Shown here: in pieces, positions 1 to 14,903 of the stretch
Layout of the letters: each line of letters opens with the position of its first letter
How positions within the stretch are numbered: position 1 is the stretch's first letter
Assembly: GCA_000442015.1 (NCBI GenBank)
Contig: KE561184.1
Coordinates: forward strand, 1 to 64,000
DNA length: 64,000 nucleotides
Direction of reading: 5' to 3'
DNA from: Rozella allomycis CSF55
Taxonomy: Eukaryota
Made by a program: the position numbers and the translations under genes
Notes under the pieces: generated by a model
Databases searched by the model: none
Told to the model about the DNA's origin: nothing
Seen by the model: only the letters and a program-made list of their open reading frames with translations

Positions 1-199
1 TCGTAGAGTCAACGGATTGGATTTATAGCCTATATATTTTGGATCTTTGTTGTGTTACCCAAACTGAGAGGCAGGTTGGTTCAGAGGTGGTCCTTGGCTT
101 TGTCGTCAAGTTTAATGTAGGCCAAATGGCCGTCCATTTCGATATCCGGAGTAAAGCAGTAATGTAAGAGTGTTGGAGGTGTCTATGGATCTCTTCACA

Positions 200-2800
200 G
201 CAAATGTGCTGTTTAGTGTCACTTACTTGGGTTTGCTTCAGCAGTTTGTTTCCCTTTTAGATCTTTTAATGGCATTTTACATGTGTTTTTAGCACTTTGT
301 GTTTTACATCAAATTTTTTTACATCTTTGAAATTCTAAGTTTTTCTCGTTTTACTGGTCCTGGTCATTTATTTGTTCCGTCGAAGGCCAAAGTTACAAAG
401 TGTGAATTTAAGGTTGAAACAGCTGAATGTTTTTGGTAATAATGTTTTCTTTGTTGCATAACTTGTAGTGCATTCTTGAAATGAAGAAAATAAACGTCTC
501 GAAAAACAACAACACTTGAACAAGAGAGACTCATCAAACGGTATCCTTTTTGATCTGTAGCATAACCAATAAAAATATATTCCTCACATCTTGAAACCAA
601 CTTTTTTCTCGTAGGCTTTTCATTTACAGCAAATGCCAGCTCGCCGAAAATTCGAAGATGTCAGACGCCAGGAGTTTTTCCAGTCCAAAGTTCTAAAGCA
701 GTTTTAGAGTGGTTATGGAAAGATAAAGGAGAGATGTTGTAAATGTAAACTTGATTTGGTACAGCTTCAGACTATAATGTAAAAGGTAATTTACTGTGAT
801 GTAACATAGATTTGTCGCGAATTATTTGGAGAGTATCTCTTACCAGGGTCCCGAAACACAAGTCGTACTAATATTGTGCAAGATTGTCCGTGACAGATCT
901 GACAGAATTAAGAAGAGTTCTATTTAGTCCTTCAGCTATTCCATTTTGTTAAGGTGTATAAGAAGTTGATGTTTGAATTTGAGTTCCATTTTGTAAACAA
1001 AGTTCTTTCATTTGATTAGNTAAGTTCTATTTAGTCCTTCAGCTATTCCATTTTGTAAAGGTGTATAAGAAGTTGATATTTGAATTTGAGTTCCATTTTG
1101 TAAACAAAGTTCAGTCATTTGATAAGATAAAAATTCACAATTTTCAAAATGTGCAAAAGAAATATGACGATTGAAAAGATTGAAAACTCATGTTGAATAT
1201 GGTCGGTATGCATCAAACGCATACGACTATGCTTTAATAAGAACCACTGTTACATATATTGAATAACCCTCAGTAAAGGTAATAAAATATTTGACTCCAT
1301 GATAGGTTAGAGAAGATAAGGCACCGCAAAGATCAATATGAACTTCTCCCCTGGTCTTGATGCGTTAGTTGATACGCCTAGAGGAAACAGAATTCTTGTG
1401 GAGTTTCCATGAATACAAGAATTACAATCAAAGTTCTTCACATCTNGCCTGGTCTTGATGATTTAGTTGATACGCCTAGAGGAAACAGAATTTTTGTGGA
1501 GTTTCCATGAATACAAGAATTACAATCAAAGTTCTTCACAACTNTCTAAAATAATCATCAACAAAGGTAATAAAATATTTAAATCCATGATAGGTTAGAA
1601 ACGATAAGGTACCGCAAAAATCAATGTGAACTCTCTCGCCTGGTCTTGATATGCTTTAGGCCTAGAGGAAACGGATTTCTTGTTGCCTTTCCATGAATAC
1701 AAGAAATACAATTAAAGTTCTTCACATCTTCCGATAATCAACAAGACCAGTTACTAATGATGAACCAACAAGCTTTTGTAAATATTTTGGACATAAATGA
1801 TTAAATCTATGCAGATAAGATAAGCTTATTTGGTTGGTGTGAAGTATAGGCCGAATTTGTCTCACCATGTACAAGGGCAAATCAATTCTATACAATGACT
1901 CACGTGAGCTTCTCCTTGCAACATCAATAAATTCTGAGATGCACTTTAGTCAATAATATTCCGAAATGCACCAACAATCTCATCTATTGCCTTCAATACA
2001 TAACAACGTTTTTCATCTTCCCGCGTCACATAATCTTCCTGCACTAATAATAGACTTTGATACTTANAACGTTTTTCATTTAGGATAGCAATACTTCCCG
2101 CGTCACATAATCTTCCTGTCTTCCTGCACTAATAATAGACTTTGATACTTAAGGACAATAGTGAACATCTTCTATGTTTTAGACAGATTTCAACCTTCCT
2201 ACTGACTTTGTTGATATTGTAGACTGACCATCAGTAGAGATAGTAATGTTCGAAGGCCTAGTGTTAGTAATACATGATAAATTATTTGTCAAATGAATAT
2301 TCGAACCAGAATCAAACAAAAAAAACATGTAAGCTTCAGAAGCGGATTTATTCGAATCATCTTCAGCATCGGCATCGTTGGCTGTGACTTTGCCTTTCTT
2401 TTTATTTGAGCGTTTCAAATTTGGATGACTTTTTAGCGTTAAACAAATTATCACAAGGCGTTTAAAAGCTAACAAGTTCACTAACGGCGCTAATAGTATT
2501 AGCCACAGAAGCAGGTGAAAAAGGTGAAAGGTGACAAAAGAGAATTCCATATATCTGTAGCACTAGAGTTAGAGAATATAAATTAACTTCTTAATGTTTT
2601 ATCCATATTTAACAATAGACATTGAGTAGATAATTTTCAGTTGACAGGAACCTGATCCATTTCATTCCACAATGAAACATTAGCTAGGGGTCATTGAATT
2701 TCAAAGCACCAATCAAAGTAGTGAGTCTGTAAGCGTAGAGTAGTTGCGACTTTGAGTTCATCAGGAGTATAAGATACTTTTTGAACTTGAGTGGGCATAA
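200..2800 (-). mobile_element. Degenerate Ty1/copia LTR retrotransposon, gag-pol remnant (protease, GAG-pre-integrase, integrase, SH3-like)
   Basis: Minus-strand fragments occur in copia order: protease FLFDSGSNIHLT (~2280-2320), CISCIHGK and ERVHIDFCG (~1610-1710), integrase TSTSYTP.QNGIAEGLNRTL (~915-985), then KLVSRCEEYIFIGYATDQKGYRL (364-600). Many stops and frameshifts. Confidence 0.85.
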
Positions 2801-2880
2801 GTGCCGATAACGTAAAAAGCAGTAAACGTTAAAGGTAATTTATTGAATTTATGCTGCGTATATATATGAGTAATAAATTA
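2790..2880 (-). repeat. Putative 3' end of the 5' LTR plus PBS-like site of the copia element
   Basis: The minus strand reads AATAAA...ACGTTATCGGCA, then CTTATGCCCAC, which resembles the copia GGTTATGGGCCC-type PBS. The motifs TGCCGATAACGT and GGTAATTTATTGA recur at 6082-6146. Confidence 0.45.
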
Positions 2881-2934
2881 ATTAGTAGAGTTCTATTTAA
2901 TTAATGAAAATAATTGGCAATTAATTTAATATTC

Positions 2935-3625
2935 GTGGCAGTCTTTACCAGGCTTCTGGTGACTCTCCCTTCAATTTGCGTTATGGAACCTAGCCCCGTC
3001 GTCCCGTAGATCAAATCTTAATGACCATTTCTGATCACGATGACACTTATCAACGTTGTAAGGACCTCTTAGAGCAACTTAAGGCTTCCCGCCAAAAGGC
3101 GCGTCTTCGCGGTGATGAACACTTACGTAATAGGAAGGAAACAAATGTTAGATGCTTGCAATAATTATTGACCCCATTTGCAACTAGAAGTTTAGTTTAT
3201 TTGAAAGTGCAGGATCCACAAAATTTGAAAGGGCATGGTCGGGACCATTCTTGTTAGGCAAACAAATGCCTCTAGTAACATATCAATTGGTCGCACCTAA
3301 AGTAATGGTCAAGCAAGATCTTGTGTATCGCGATCACTTAAAGCCTTGCCTCAACCTTTTCACCAATAATGAGTAGCTAATGCCTATTAATATACTAAGC
3401 CCTGAACATGTGCTCAAGTTTTGCACTTCACGATAATTAATTTCCTTTCTTGACNAGCAAGATCTTGTGTATCACGATCACTTAAAGCCTTGCCTCAAAC
3501 TTTTCACCGATAATGAGGAACTAATGCCTATTAATATACTAAGCCCTGAACATGTACTCAAGTTTTGCACTTCACGATAATTAATTCCTTTTCTTGACCT
3601 GCCCGTTTGAGGGGACAAGTATGAT
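2935..3625 (+). mobile_element. Ty3/gypsy integrase C-terminal remnant with polypurine tract
   Basis: SPFNLRYG..PR.PVD (~2965-3010), LVYLKV..KFERAWSGPF (GPY/F module, ~3190-3250), and a purine tract TTTGAGGGGACAAG at ~3606-3619. Confidence 0.65.
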
Positions 3626-3839
3626 TAACATGGATATCAAATGAATTTGAGTTAACATTGTAATTTGATGGTGGTTCTTCATGTATTGAAATAGGTTCAA
3701 TGAGAAATAAACGGTCCCCAATAATTCAAAAGACATTGAATGTAAGCTTGACGAATCTCTTGGGTATCAGGCCGTAAAATATGAACTTTGCAGCATCCAA
3801 GAAAAGCAAACATGGTGAATTCGGGAAGTTAAAATAATC

Positions 3840-4700
3840 ATATGCAGATCGTAATTCCAAATCAAACAACATTGCTTGATACAAAGCGAGGCTTTTCGAA
3901 AATNAACATGTTGAATTCAGGAAGCCAAAATAATCAAATGCAGATCGTTATTCCAAATCAAACAACATTGCTTGATACAAAGCGAGGCTTTTCGAAAATC
4001 AATATATTCTCGAACTTATTCACCTGTTGCACAATACACATCCTTGCGCACTATGCTTTACATTGCCATTTCAAGTGACTATGAAATAGAAAAAATGGAC
4101 GTTGTAACTGCATTCTTGATTTCAGCGCTCAAAAAAGAAGTTTAAATTGGAATTAACAAAAACTAAGGTATGGTTTGAAAATTTATAAAGGTGTTATGGT
4201 TGCCGACAGTCACTCCGGGTATGGTACATAGACTAAATACATTTTTAATCTCTTTTGGTCTCAATTCAGCCAATTTCGGTTCCATGCTTATATAAAGGAC
4301 TAAATGGTTATTTAATTATTTATGTAGATGGCATCATTATCGCTGCTCCACACGATNGAAGGTGTCATGGTTTCCGTCAGTCACTCCGGGTATGGTACAA
4401 AGACTAAATACATTTTTAATATCTTTTGGGCTCAATTCAGCCAATTCCGGTTTCATGCTTATAAAAAAGGACTAAATTGTTATTTAATTATTTATGTAGA
4501 TGGCATCATTATCGCTGCTCCACACGATATTGCAAACCGATTTAATCATCCCCGTTCTACATCACTGATCTAGGTCCTATGCATCATGTTTTTGGATAAA
4601 AAGTAGAAAACACAAGGTTGGACCAAACTATGTATTTATGTCAATAATTTAGATCGACGGACTAATTCGTAAAAGACACAAAAATGGAAAATTCGGTTTT
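3840..4700 (+). mobile_element. Ty1/copia reverse transcriptase remnant
   Basis: RYKARL, TYSPVAQYTSLRTML, EIEKMDVVTAFL (~4085-4120) and IIYVDGIII (degenerate YVDD), all disrupted by stops and frameshifts. Confidence 0.8.
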
Positions 4701-6081
4701 TTGCACTCCAAATAGCTCGCAATGATAGCAACAAGCACATTGACATTCTATATCATTTTAAAACAGCCATTATGGCTTTACAGAAAACATAATCGCTGCA
4801 AATTTTACTATGCCATTACAGTCCGCAAACTATTAAAATATTTACAAAAACTAAATATAAAATCTCAGACGCACTATGGCGAGACGCAACTTTTATTCGT
4901 CTATAGCTTAAGAATTCTAGAAAGGCCGGTAAATCGCTTTCAGCTTCTTCTGTTAATTAAATGTTGTAAAATAAAATCAATTAAATTAAATTTTTACTTT
5001 ACATTATCTTCGCCTTACACATTGGAACGTCCTCCCATTGTCAAAAGCGAATATCTGTTCCTCCACATTGTCGATNTTATTCTCTATAGCTTAACAATTG
5101 TAGAAAGGCCGGTTAAGCGCTTTCAGCTTCTTCTGTTAATTAAATTTTGTAAAATAAAATCAATTAAATTAAATTTTTACTTTAAATTATCTTCGCCTAC
5201 ACATTCTAACGTCCTCCCATTGTCAAAAGCGAATATCTGTTCCTCCACATTGTCGATTTAGTGTTAATTTTACTGCACAGAATCAAAACCTCTTTTTTTA
5301 ATTCTTTAACCTTTTAGAAGATCCGCTTACCTGTCGCAGTTGGTAGGCTACAGATCACGAAATGTAGTCGCGCTTTTCGCGCTCGATTTGCCCTTACCAA
5401 TCTTTATTCGTAACACAATCCTGTGACTAGATTTGAAGAAACAGAACTTATCTTGTCCTCCAAGTTCCCTTTTATCACCTTCTTCAATATTGCCGCCTTC
5501 AAAACCTTAATTGCCTCTGGAAGCAGACAAGATCAAAATTATCTCCTTTAGTTCGTACGCATGGGAGATGCCTCCATTGGCATCACATTTATAGCGTGTA
5601 AGCGGTTGTACATACCCCTATTACCCGACCGGNCGTTGTGGTCACCTGCGAATACCACTAACAGGTTCCTTGAAACCACCACACGCCCTTAAGATCAAAC
5701 GCATAACCGAAATTTACTACCATATTTGGTGTATATTCTTAACGTCTCGAAAAATTTTTTAATTAGTGTCAATAACAGTATTTCAAAATTTTACATTAAC
5801 ATTAATTACCATTTGCGGTGTACATAATGTTGTTGATTGCCGATGACATAAATCTCACGCACATTGTTATCTGTATACGTCAAATAACTTTAACGTCAAG
5901 TTAGGACACAACAAATAACCACAATTTGCTTGACGTTCAATTTACCTGAATGGATTAAAGTTCAATTAGGCAACAATATCATTTTATCAAATACCGTTTG
6001 TTCTTAGATTATCAACCTTGTGGCCGCCTGTTGGTGCTACTTGATTCTCATGGAGTGACATCTATATCTTTGAGTTGACAT

Positions 6082-6200
6082 TGCCGATAACGTGTTAAGA
6101 TAAAGATATAAAAAGAGCCAAAGAATATACAAGGGTAATTTATTGATACGGCAATTAATACTAGCGTGTCTAAGTTGATAAGCACTTGGATATTTTAGAT
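6082..6200 (-). repeat. Solo-LTR-like remnant related to 2802-2846
   Basis: Shares TGCCGATAACGT (6082-6093) and GGTAATTTATTGA (6134-6146) with the LTR-end candidate at 2802-2846. Confidence 0.4.
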
Positions 6201-6688
6201 ACTGGAACAATAAATTCAAGTGGTTCATCTCTTTGTGGTTTCAATCTTCAACCTTGCCTCGTTATATCCTATTATCCATTTTTTGATTTTAACTCACTAT
6301 TAAAAGAGATCGGACATTTTCATCAGCAATCATTGAGTTTAGTTAGGTAAAACTTCATTTTAGGTCATTTAAAGTTAATCCACATGGTCATAAAATAGAG
6401 ATCGTTTGCTGCAAATTTCCCCTCGTTCAAATGCGCATGTTTTCCAAAACCGATGCTTATCCTACGCAGTAAGTAATACGGTCTTAGTCTCTAAATTTCA
6501 TCCTCACCGTAAATCCATGGTGTTGACATAATAACAATTAACATGTGACAAATTGTAATATTGGGGAGAATTGTAAATTGTAGTACATTTATTAAAAATC
6601 TGGTACGTTCTAATCTTGAAATTTTTATAATATTACTTTGTTTATCGAAATTTCAGGAATCATCCTTGCAATATTTTTTTGGCGCGAA

Positions 6689-7361
6689 ATGGGTAACAAA
6701 CGTAAGTCAGTGCAGGTGCAAGAAGAACCTGAAGAATTTGTAGTTGAAAAAATAGTGGGTAAACGCACAGTGAAAGTATCAACCTATTTTTGGGTCTCAA
6801 CTAGGGTGTTACTCAATACCAAGTAAAATGGGATGGTTATCCCGAAGAAGATAATACGTGGGAGGACGAGGCTAATATTTTTGCCAAAAACTTGATACAA
6901 GAGTACGAAAGTGCTCATCCACAAAAGGAAACAAAGCCGATTAAAAAGCCACGCACGTCAACAGCATCCAATGGCAAAAGACGTTCGCAAAGGCACTCTT
7001 CCACTGGATTAGATGATTCAGCTGATACAAATGAGGTGTCTGACGGCAAAGTATCTGAAAATGTTACTTCGGAAAGTAATTCATTGGGTCATTATCCACG
7101 TAGCAAAACCTTGTGACGATGAAAATGATTTTGATGGGAATTGGGAGGACATGGTTGAAAGTATTTTAACACTAGAGCATGACCACTTAAAGAATTTGTA
7201 TGTTATTTTGAAGTGGTATGTCAATTTTATATCTCTTTATTAGGACCGGTCGTGTTAAACCTGCACGCTTCCCCATGGCAGTATGTAAGGAAAAATGCCC
7301 ACAAAAACTTTTGTCTTTTTATGAGAACTTTGTCAAATTCAAGAAACGTGATCAAAAATAA
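6689..7361 (+). CDS. swi6: HP1/Swi6-like chromodomain plus chromo-shadow protein (spliced)
   Basis: Chromodomain EEFVVEKIVGKRTVK^GVTQYQVKWDGYPEEDNTWE (29-nt intron 6776-6804). C-terminal chromo-shadow WEDMVESI...VILKW^...CKEKCPQKLLSFYE. Confidence 0.85.
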
Positions 7362-7398
7362 ATTGCTTACCCTTATTTTGTTTTGCATCTCCGTTGTC

Positions 7399-10300
7399 AT
7401 GAGCCTGTTTCCCGTCTCTTTAAATATTAAACAATATTCCAACTCCTGCAAAGATGGATTGAAGAAATACATTGAAAGAAAAGTGCTTGAGTAAGTATAC
7501 ATCCAAGAAATATTCAGCATTAACCAATTAACGGATACTTATTTTGCTTTGAAGCAGATAAGCAATGATGTCCTTGAAACCAGAATATTGAATATTTTAC
7601 GGGAAGCCCAAGAAAAACTTAAGGAATACGTCCAAGGTAAGTTTCACTTTACTTTGTGAGAGCTTATTTAAGGTGTGTTCACATATTAAACAACGTTCAC
7701 AAATTGAAGGAAGATGACTTACGAAGAGAGTATAATTGTTTTCGAAAAGAAACGGAAACCATTATTTTGTTTAATATACACATTCAGGAGAAATTAGAAT
7801 TTTGCATTAATGAGTACAAGGAAAATATGAAAACTTCTTTTTCAAAGACTATTAACCAACTTAAACAATTTCAATTTTCTAATTTCACGCTTTTAGCTTC
7901 ATTTTTTCTAGTAATCTGCCTCGAATGAAATGGAAAAGGAAGCGCTTAAAAATTTGCAAGATGACAAATATATTTTTCAAATTTACTCAAATTTCAGTGG
8001 CCAATTAGACGATATTATTTGTCAATGTTATGTGGGGTTGAATGAAAGATATGTTGCGGCAGTTAATAAATCCCGATTGGTTTCCCTAAATCATGCCAAA
8101 GGTTAGCTTAAGAATGTCGTAATATAGATGTTTATTATCAGTATATTTTGAATAAAGATCAGCGGCTGTACTTAAAGGAAAGGCAATTACTTGTAGACGA
8201 ATGTGATGCTGAAATGTTCGACCTTGTCGAAAACGTAGAGTATATTTTGCACTCTACAATGACCATGCCTATTGAAAATTGGGATGTGAACACAATAAAC
8301 AGCTTGGAAAATCAAGGTGCCCGCTTGCTACAGAAAAAACAAAGTTACTTGAAAAAAATACAATTGAAGTACATGGAAATAAACGAAAAGATTGCCGATG
8401 AAGATAAGAAACAGTTTGAGAACTTGGTAAACGCCTGCAATTCATTGAATTCCGAATTGGACAAAAGGGAATATTTAGAAGATGCTTTGAATTTATATAA
8501 TGCTTGCTGCAAAGATGAAAAACTTGGAGATGAAATGAACGGGACTCTTAGTCTTTTACGATCAAAAATATCAGCGACCAAAAAGTTGTACAATAGTTTT
8601 CTAGCTATATTTGAAGCCATTCATCATTTTTTTAGTGGATTTGAAGTAATATTGGGTTGGATTTAAGACAAGGGCGACCAAGATCGGTTTGCGTCTGATT
8701 ATATTTTAGCATTACAATTATTAGAGAAGAATCAACAAACATTTATACTAGATTTAAGAAATATTCTTTTCAATCTTTTGTGTAGAATGGATGTTGAAGT
8801 AGAATACAGCCAATTGGAGAGTGGATTGGATGAGGGTGAAAAATTGTTGAATGAATATAGCGTCTGTAATATCTTTTTAATTTTAAGGATAGCAATAAAG
8901 AACCTGGAATCATCTGTTAGATCCTTTTTTGAAATGATCCCACATCAAGAAAAAGTACTACACGCTACTTTGAAAGAAAAGGTTACAATGTATAATTTAT
9001 TCAATCAAGATATTCATATATTTTGGTTATACCAAATTGGAGCCTAATTTGAGTAGGCCAATATCGGCAACTAGACCAAAGCCCATATTGGCGAATGACA
9101 CTAGAAGACAAAGCTTGGCGGATAAGCGGCACGTTTCCATAGCTGAAGAATCTAGCCTTCAAGACACTGAAGAAAAATTCGCAGATGAGTTCATCGAGGA
9201 AGATGACTATGTCTCGTGGGTTTTACAAAGATGCAATGAGTGGTACAAGTTTAAAACGCATGTTGAGTATACACATAAAACCAAAAGGCATAATGCATTT
9301 TGGTATAATACTAAACACGCTAAAGAACGTCGGAAGAGTGGGGCATATAATATTGTCTGGCTACAACCCATTAACAGGAAAAGGAAAGGTATAAGATTTT
9401 ACTTAAATTAAAAGATGATTTAAATGTGGAAATTGTAATTCCCTCTTTGACAACTCAGACGATTGATCTATTTATGGATACTAACTTGAACGGGTTTGTT
9501 GAAAACACAGTGAGGATTTTAAGATCTTCTGTTCTTAAATATTATGATGATTTCATCAAAAAATACACGACGCAAAATGCATCTAAGCTAAACTTACTGC
9601 GTTCCCGTTTAAATACCATAATTAACACAGAAACAAAAGCATTGGAGGAGCAACGCCATTTAATTGAGAAAAAAGTTTATGAAAGGCGGTCCAATGAATT
9701 GATGGCATACCGCAGGTATTTTGAAGCCTTTGACTACAACATTAAAAAAACGCTGAAAGAAATATACGAAGAAAAGGAGTCAATTGCAGATAAATTACAA
9801 GCACTGACACATTCATTTTTTGAAGAAACTAAAAAAATACAATTTGAAATTGTGAATGCTTTGGAAACAAGTCAAGTTGAGGAATGCTTAAACAGAGTCC
9901 AGGGTGCAAAGTTGGATATTATAGACAAATCCCGGCGTTTCATTGAGCAAGAAAAAGCTACAGTGCAAAACAAAATATCTTATTTGGACGAGAGCTTTAA
10001 TTCTTCTGAACTTAAGATTAGGCAAACTTGCTTGATTGCTGTGGACTTTGTGAATTCACGCCAGCCGGTGTATGAAGCATCAATAAATTCACTACATTTA
10101 CTTGTGAAAGAATGCTCCAGAACATTTAATGAAGATTGCAGAAAGTGGATTGAAGCTATAGAAATAGAAATCGCTCAATATGTCACTCAGGTAGAAAAGG
10201 AAGCAGAAAAGCGTAAACACTTTACAAAACTTGATGATTTTGTAAAAGCGGAGATAAAGAAAATAAATATAATTACAATGGGAAAGGTACTTTCGTTTTT

Positions 10301-11756
10301 CGAAATAGAATAGATAATAAAATATGAAACAGAAATTAGTGACTTGCAACGACAAGTAGAAAAATACTCCCAACACATAAAATTATTTGACGGAAATTAT
10401 GAATTTGTAAAATATTTTTGCTGCCTTTTAATGCGCAGGATAAATTTTTAACTATTTTAAGGGACTTTCAAAATTTTCTTGAAAAGTCGGTAAAACTGGC
10501 AAACATTATCGGATTTGATTATTTGAATAATAATGGAGAGTGTAATATTTGCTTAGATTATATTTCTTGGATATCTCATCTACAAAACTCGTATGTGTAT
10601 TTTTCACAAATTAAAGGCAATATGTACCTTCAGAGGTTAATCTTAGTAGTAGTACAACAATTAGTTCTACCGAAAGTCATCAAAAAAATGATAGTGAAAC
10701 ATTAAAAAGAAATTTAGGAAGCTTGTTTGAAGACATTGAAAGAGATGTCGCAAACAGCAAAAATAAATTGAATGAAACTATAAAAGTGTACATTGAAGAA
10801 AGAAAACAAATTGATTTGATTCATTATCCACGTCATAGACACCATCTCCTTGAGGAACAAATAAGATTGTCTACAAAAACTATCCTTGAAAAAGCCGAAG
10901 AAAGTTTGATTAAGACGCAAGCATATGTTTTGAAGTCCAAAAAAGTTTTATGCGATAGTAATTCGACAATTAATTAGTGTCTCAATAGGCTTTAAAACGT
11001 TTTCGGAAAGTTACTTGCAGCTATTGACTATTGATTATTCTGCACTTATCATGTCGTTTACAAAGTTTTACTCGGTATCTGCCAATAAACAAATGATTGA
11101 ATTGAACGTGAAATTTAAAGGGATTGTTTTTCAATTAGAGAATCAAAAGGTAAGCTACCCAATTTCATCCTTTTTAGAAAATTAACAAAGATAGTTTGAA
11201 CTGTGGTCTCGCTCATCCAAGCAATTCAAAAATTCTTTCTGACCTTCACAAAAAAGAAGTTGAGAGAATAGAAAAATGTTTCCAAATAATCGAGTCCACC
11301 AAGGCCGAATTTAGCGTAACTATTAACAGTTAGAAAGTTTAGACCTTTTTTGAGGCTTGCTCTAAAGATTTTCTTTACAAAATTTGTTTCCTTGTGTATA
11401 ACGGATGTCAGATTTTGAGATCGTTCCCATTCTCCTCAAGTATATACATGCCTTAAGGTCAATTAGCTAACATAAAGACTTTAAATGTACTTATTGAGCT
11501 CCCTACAAAGAGTACAATAACAGATCAAGACTTTGGAAAATGCAAAAAGTTACTCGAGAACTTTGAGTTCAAGTTTACTGGTTATAATACAATGCTTAAA
11601 ACTTTTAACTTGTCCTTGAATGTTTTTAATGAAGACACCTCGGATGAAATTACCTTACTGAATCATTCTATCCAGAGCGTCTACAACAAGGAAAAATCTT
11701 GGAAAAATTACTGGAAAGATAGCGTATATCAAGTTAAATTGTTGTATTCAAAGTGA
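7399..11756 (+). CDS. Large multi-exon coiled-coil protein, CCDC180-like (DUF4455/DUF4456), probably flagellar; exon structure approximate
   Basis: Consecutive helical ORFs separated by ~27-nt introns. The C-terminal KDSLNCGLAHPSNSKILSDLHKKEVER resembles the CCDC180 'LRP.LGHP...L..L...E..R' motif. Confidence 0.55.
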
Positions 11757-11874
11757 TGATCAAATAAACCAACATTTACAAATGCAGTTAATCTGCTTTC
11801 TGTTTATTTTTTGTACAATCCTTTTGGTTATAACACGTCAATATGAAAGCATTCCACATTCACAACAGCGGAAA

Positions 11875-13248
11875 ATGATAAATGGTGTTTTGTAAATTTC
11901 GTGATGGCAAGTGCTCAAGGAGGAAATCGTAGACTTTCTGGTAGAACAAACTAGTCAGTATAACTTAGGATATGATTTTTTATTGGAAGCTATAGAAATG
12001 AGGAAAGATTATAGACTGTTGTTCAAACGATACATTGATGAAAAAGAGAGACTAGACTTGGTAAACGGTGACAGACAGAAAAAATTCCATTTGCTTAATA
12101 GTCTGATTTTAGAGAAAAATATCAAGCACTCTGATTTGCAACAGAGCCGTGGCGCAAAGTATATGAAACATTTTATGATAACTAAAGCTGCCTAATGAAC
12201 GAGATGGAACTGATAAGCGAAAAAGAGTTTGCTAGAATTTCCCAGGTAGAACTACCAATTTTAGATCCTGCCAAATATCACAATTTTACACTGAAAAGGC
12301 TCGAGCATGAATTTGAGTGTCGTCTAAAAGGCCAAGTAGAACTGGATCAATTGGAAGTTAATAAACTGGCATTGATTGAAAAAAAGAACGAGCTGGAAGC
12401 TAAATTAGAATATTATAATGAACAAATGTGCACATTGTTCAAAGTAATAGTTATTGAGAAAAGAAATAGGCATCAATTCCTCTTCAAAAGACATTGAAAA
12501 CAGAGCCTCTGCCAAAAAATTTCGAAAAACTTAGCGCTAATCTTCGAAAATTATACAAATCCGCCTCGACTTCTTTCAAGGGTATTAGTCGATTCGTTTC
12601 GGTAGTTGCCAGTGAAAATGACCTGGCGTGCCCCATCGACGACGCCGAACCTTTTAGTGTGGAAGTAACTTTTAATCACTCAAATATGGCGCAACCAGAT
12701 ATTTCAGGTCATTTAAGTTTTAGAATATTCGAGAGTTCCAGCCAGGGCCTGATACTAATCATAACCGGCCAAAGGAGTGTATTTTATAAAAATTGTTTTC
12801 ATAGCGTTACTGATAATCTTACTCCGTTAGATATCCCTGATTGGTATTGGCATTATTTTATTGTTGTAGGTACCAAATAGACGACTCATTGGACAAGCAT
12901 TGGTTACATATGTATAATAGATGGAAAGAAAGAATGCATTTACAGCGCCACATAAATGATTTTACAAATGGAAAGTATCAAAAATTAAATGAGAAAACGA
13001 CTCTCTCCACTTCTATCCAATCTTTCTTTCCTTGCAGTGATGATAAAGAGTGGCTTTACATTGCCAGTGTAGAACTGAAGAGAAAAGGAGAATTATATAC
13101 TGGAAAAGTTTATATTCCGTACGAGTATCCGTCTAAACCGCCAATAATGGACTTTCCCAAACTAGATGTGAAAATGCTTCACAAGACTTCCAATCCATCG
13201 AATCTTTTGGTAGCAAATATGCAATCTCTATTACTTTTCCTTGAATAA
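11875..13248 (+). CDS. THOC5: THO complex subunit 5 (FMIP/THOC5); start approximate
   Basis: MELISEKEF...DPAKYHNFTLKRLEHEFECRLK matches the THOC5 'LVS.EEF...H...L.RL..E..QR' motif. RWD-like C-terminus IPYEYPSKPP. Confidence 0.75.
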
Positions 13249-13312
13249 AAGAGGACATTTTTATCAAATAATTGCAGTTATTTTACCCTTGTCTTAACCC
13301 CTGCAATTTGAA

Positions 13313-14227
<915 letters not shown>

Positions 14228-14243
14228 AATAAAAGACTTAATT

Positions 14244-14903
14244 TTATTTTAGACTTAATTTTAATTCATTCTTCTTCACGTCCAGCTCTCCTCCTACCAG
14301 TCGATATTCATATAATACAACAGGCCTGGCTTTTTGTATTTCTAACAATGCGAAAGATGGCACCGTTGTGTTACACCCAGTCACTGACCCCGGAGATAAG
14401 AAAATAGCATCTTCACTCTCATGGATTGTCAGAGGGGCATTTCCATGTACAAAAATATCCACATCCATTTGTATTTTTTTGATTCTTAATGACTCTAAAT
14501 GATCACTGAATGGTGTTAATTGGTATGAATTTGTCAGCCCAATCTATTGCTAAATAAGTGATCTTTATAGTACTTTCAACCCTTCTATCTCACAAATTAT
14601 GCTTTCAGGTATATTTATATCCTTTTCTGGCACCATGAGTTATACTTACATTGTCATATTCACCTTTGACCAGATAAAATGTAGAGCACAGACTTTTGAG
14701 ATATTCTTTGACGTTTGAATGGTTTAAATTGCCAGTGCATAATATTGCATGAATTTTTCCTGGCATCTACGTGAAATGGGTAAACAGAATTCATTACCAA
14801 TAACGTCTTAAATGCTTCTGGTATATTAGATACTTTTTCAGGTACAAAACAGTCTCCAATTAATAAAACAAGCTAAATAAGGATTTTAAATGAATATCAC
14901 CAT
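14244..14903 (-). CDS. VPS29: Divergent VPS29-like metallophosphoesterase-fold retromer subunit
   Basis: M^LVLLIGDCFVP...FKTLL^MPGKIHAILCTGNL, VKGEYD, MDVDIFVHG...FLSPGSVTG, PSFALLEI...VVLYEYRL. Confidence 0.85.

Noticed and set aside
915-5260. Apparent tandem duplications flanking single Ns (near 1020, 1447, 2067, 3455, 3904, 4357, 5076; also 34050 and 59753)
   Set aside because: Each pair of near-identical copies is joined exactly at an N. This is typical of unmerged contig overlaps or haplotypes in scaffolding, not biological repeats or a CRISPR array.
4722-5261. 179-aa ORF with internal repeat
   Set aside because: The repeat is the N-junction artefact and there is no recognisable domain.
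6225-6530. Possible small spliced minus-strand gene
   Set aside because: No consistent spliced frame or homology could be found by eye.
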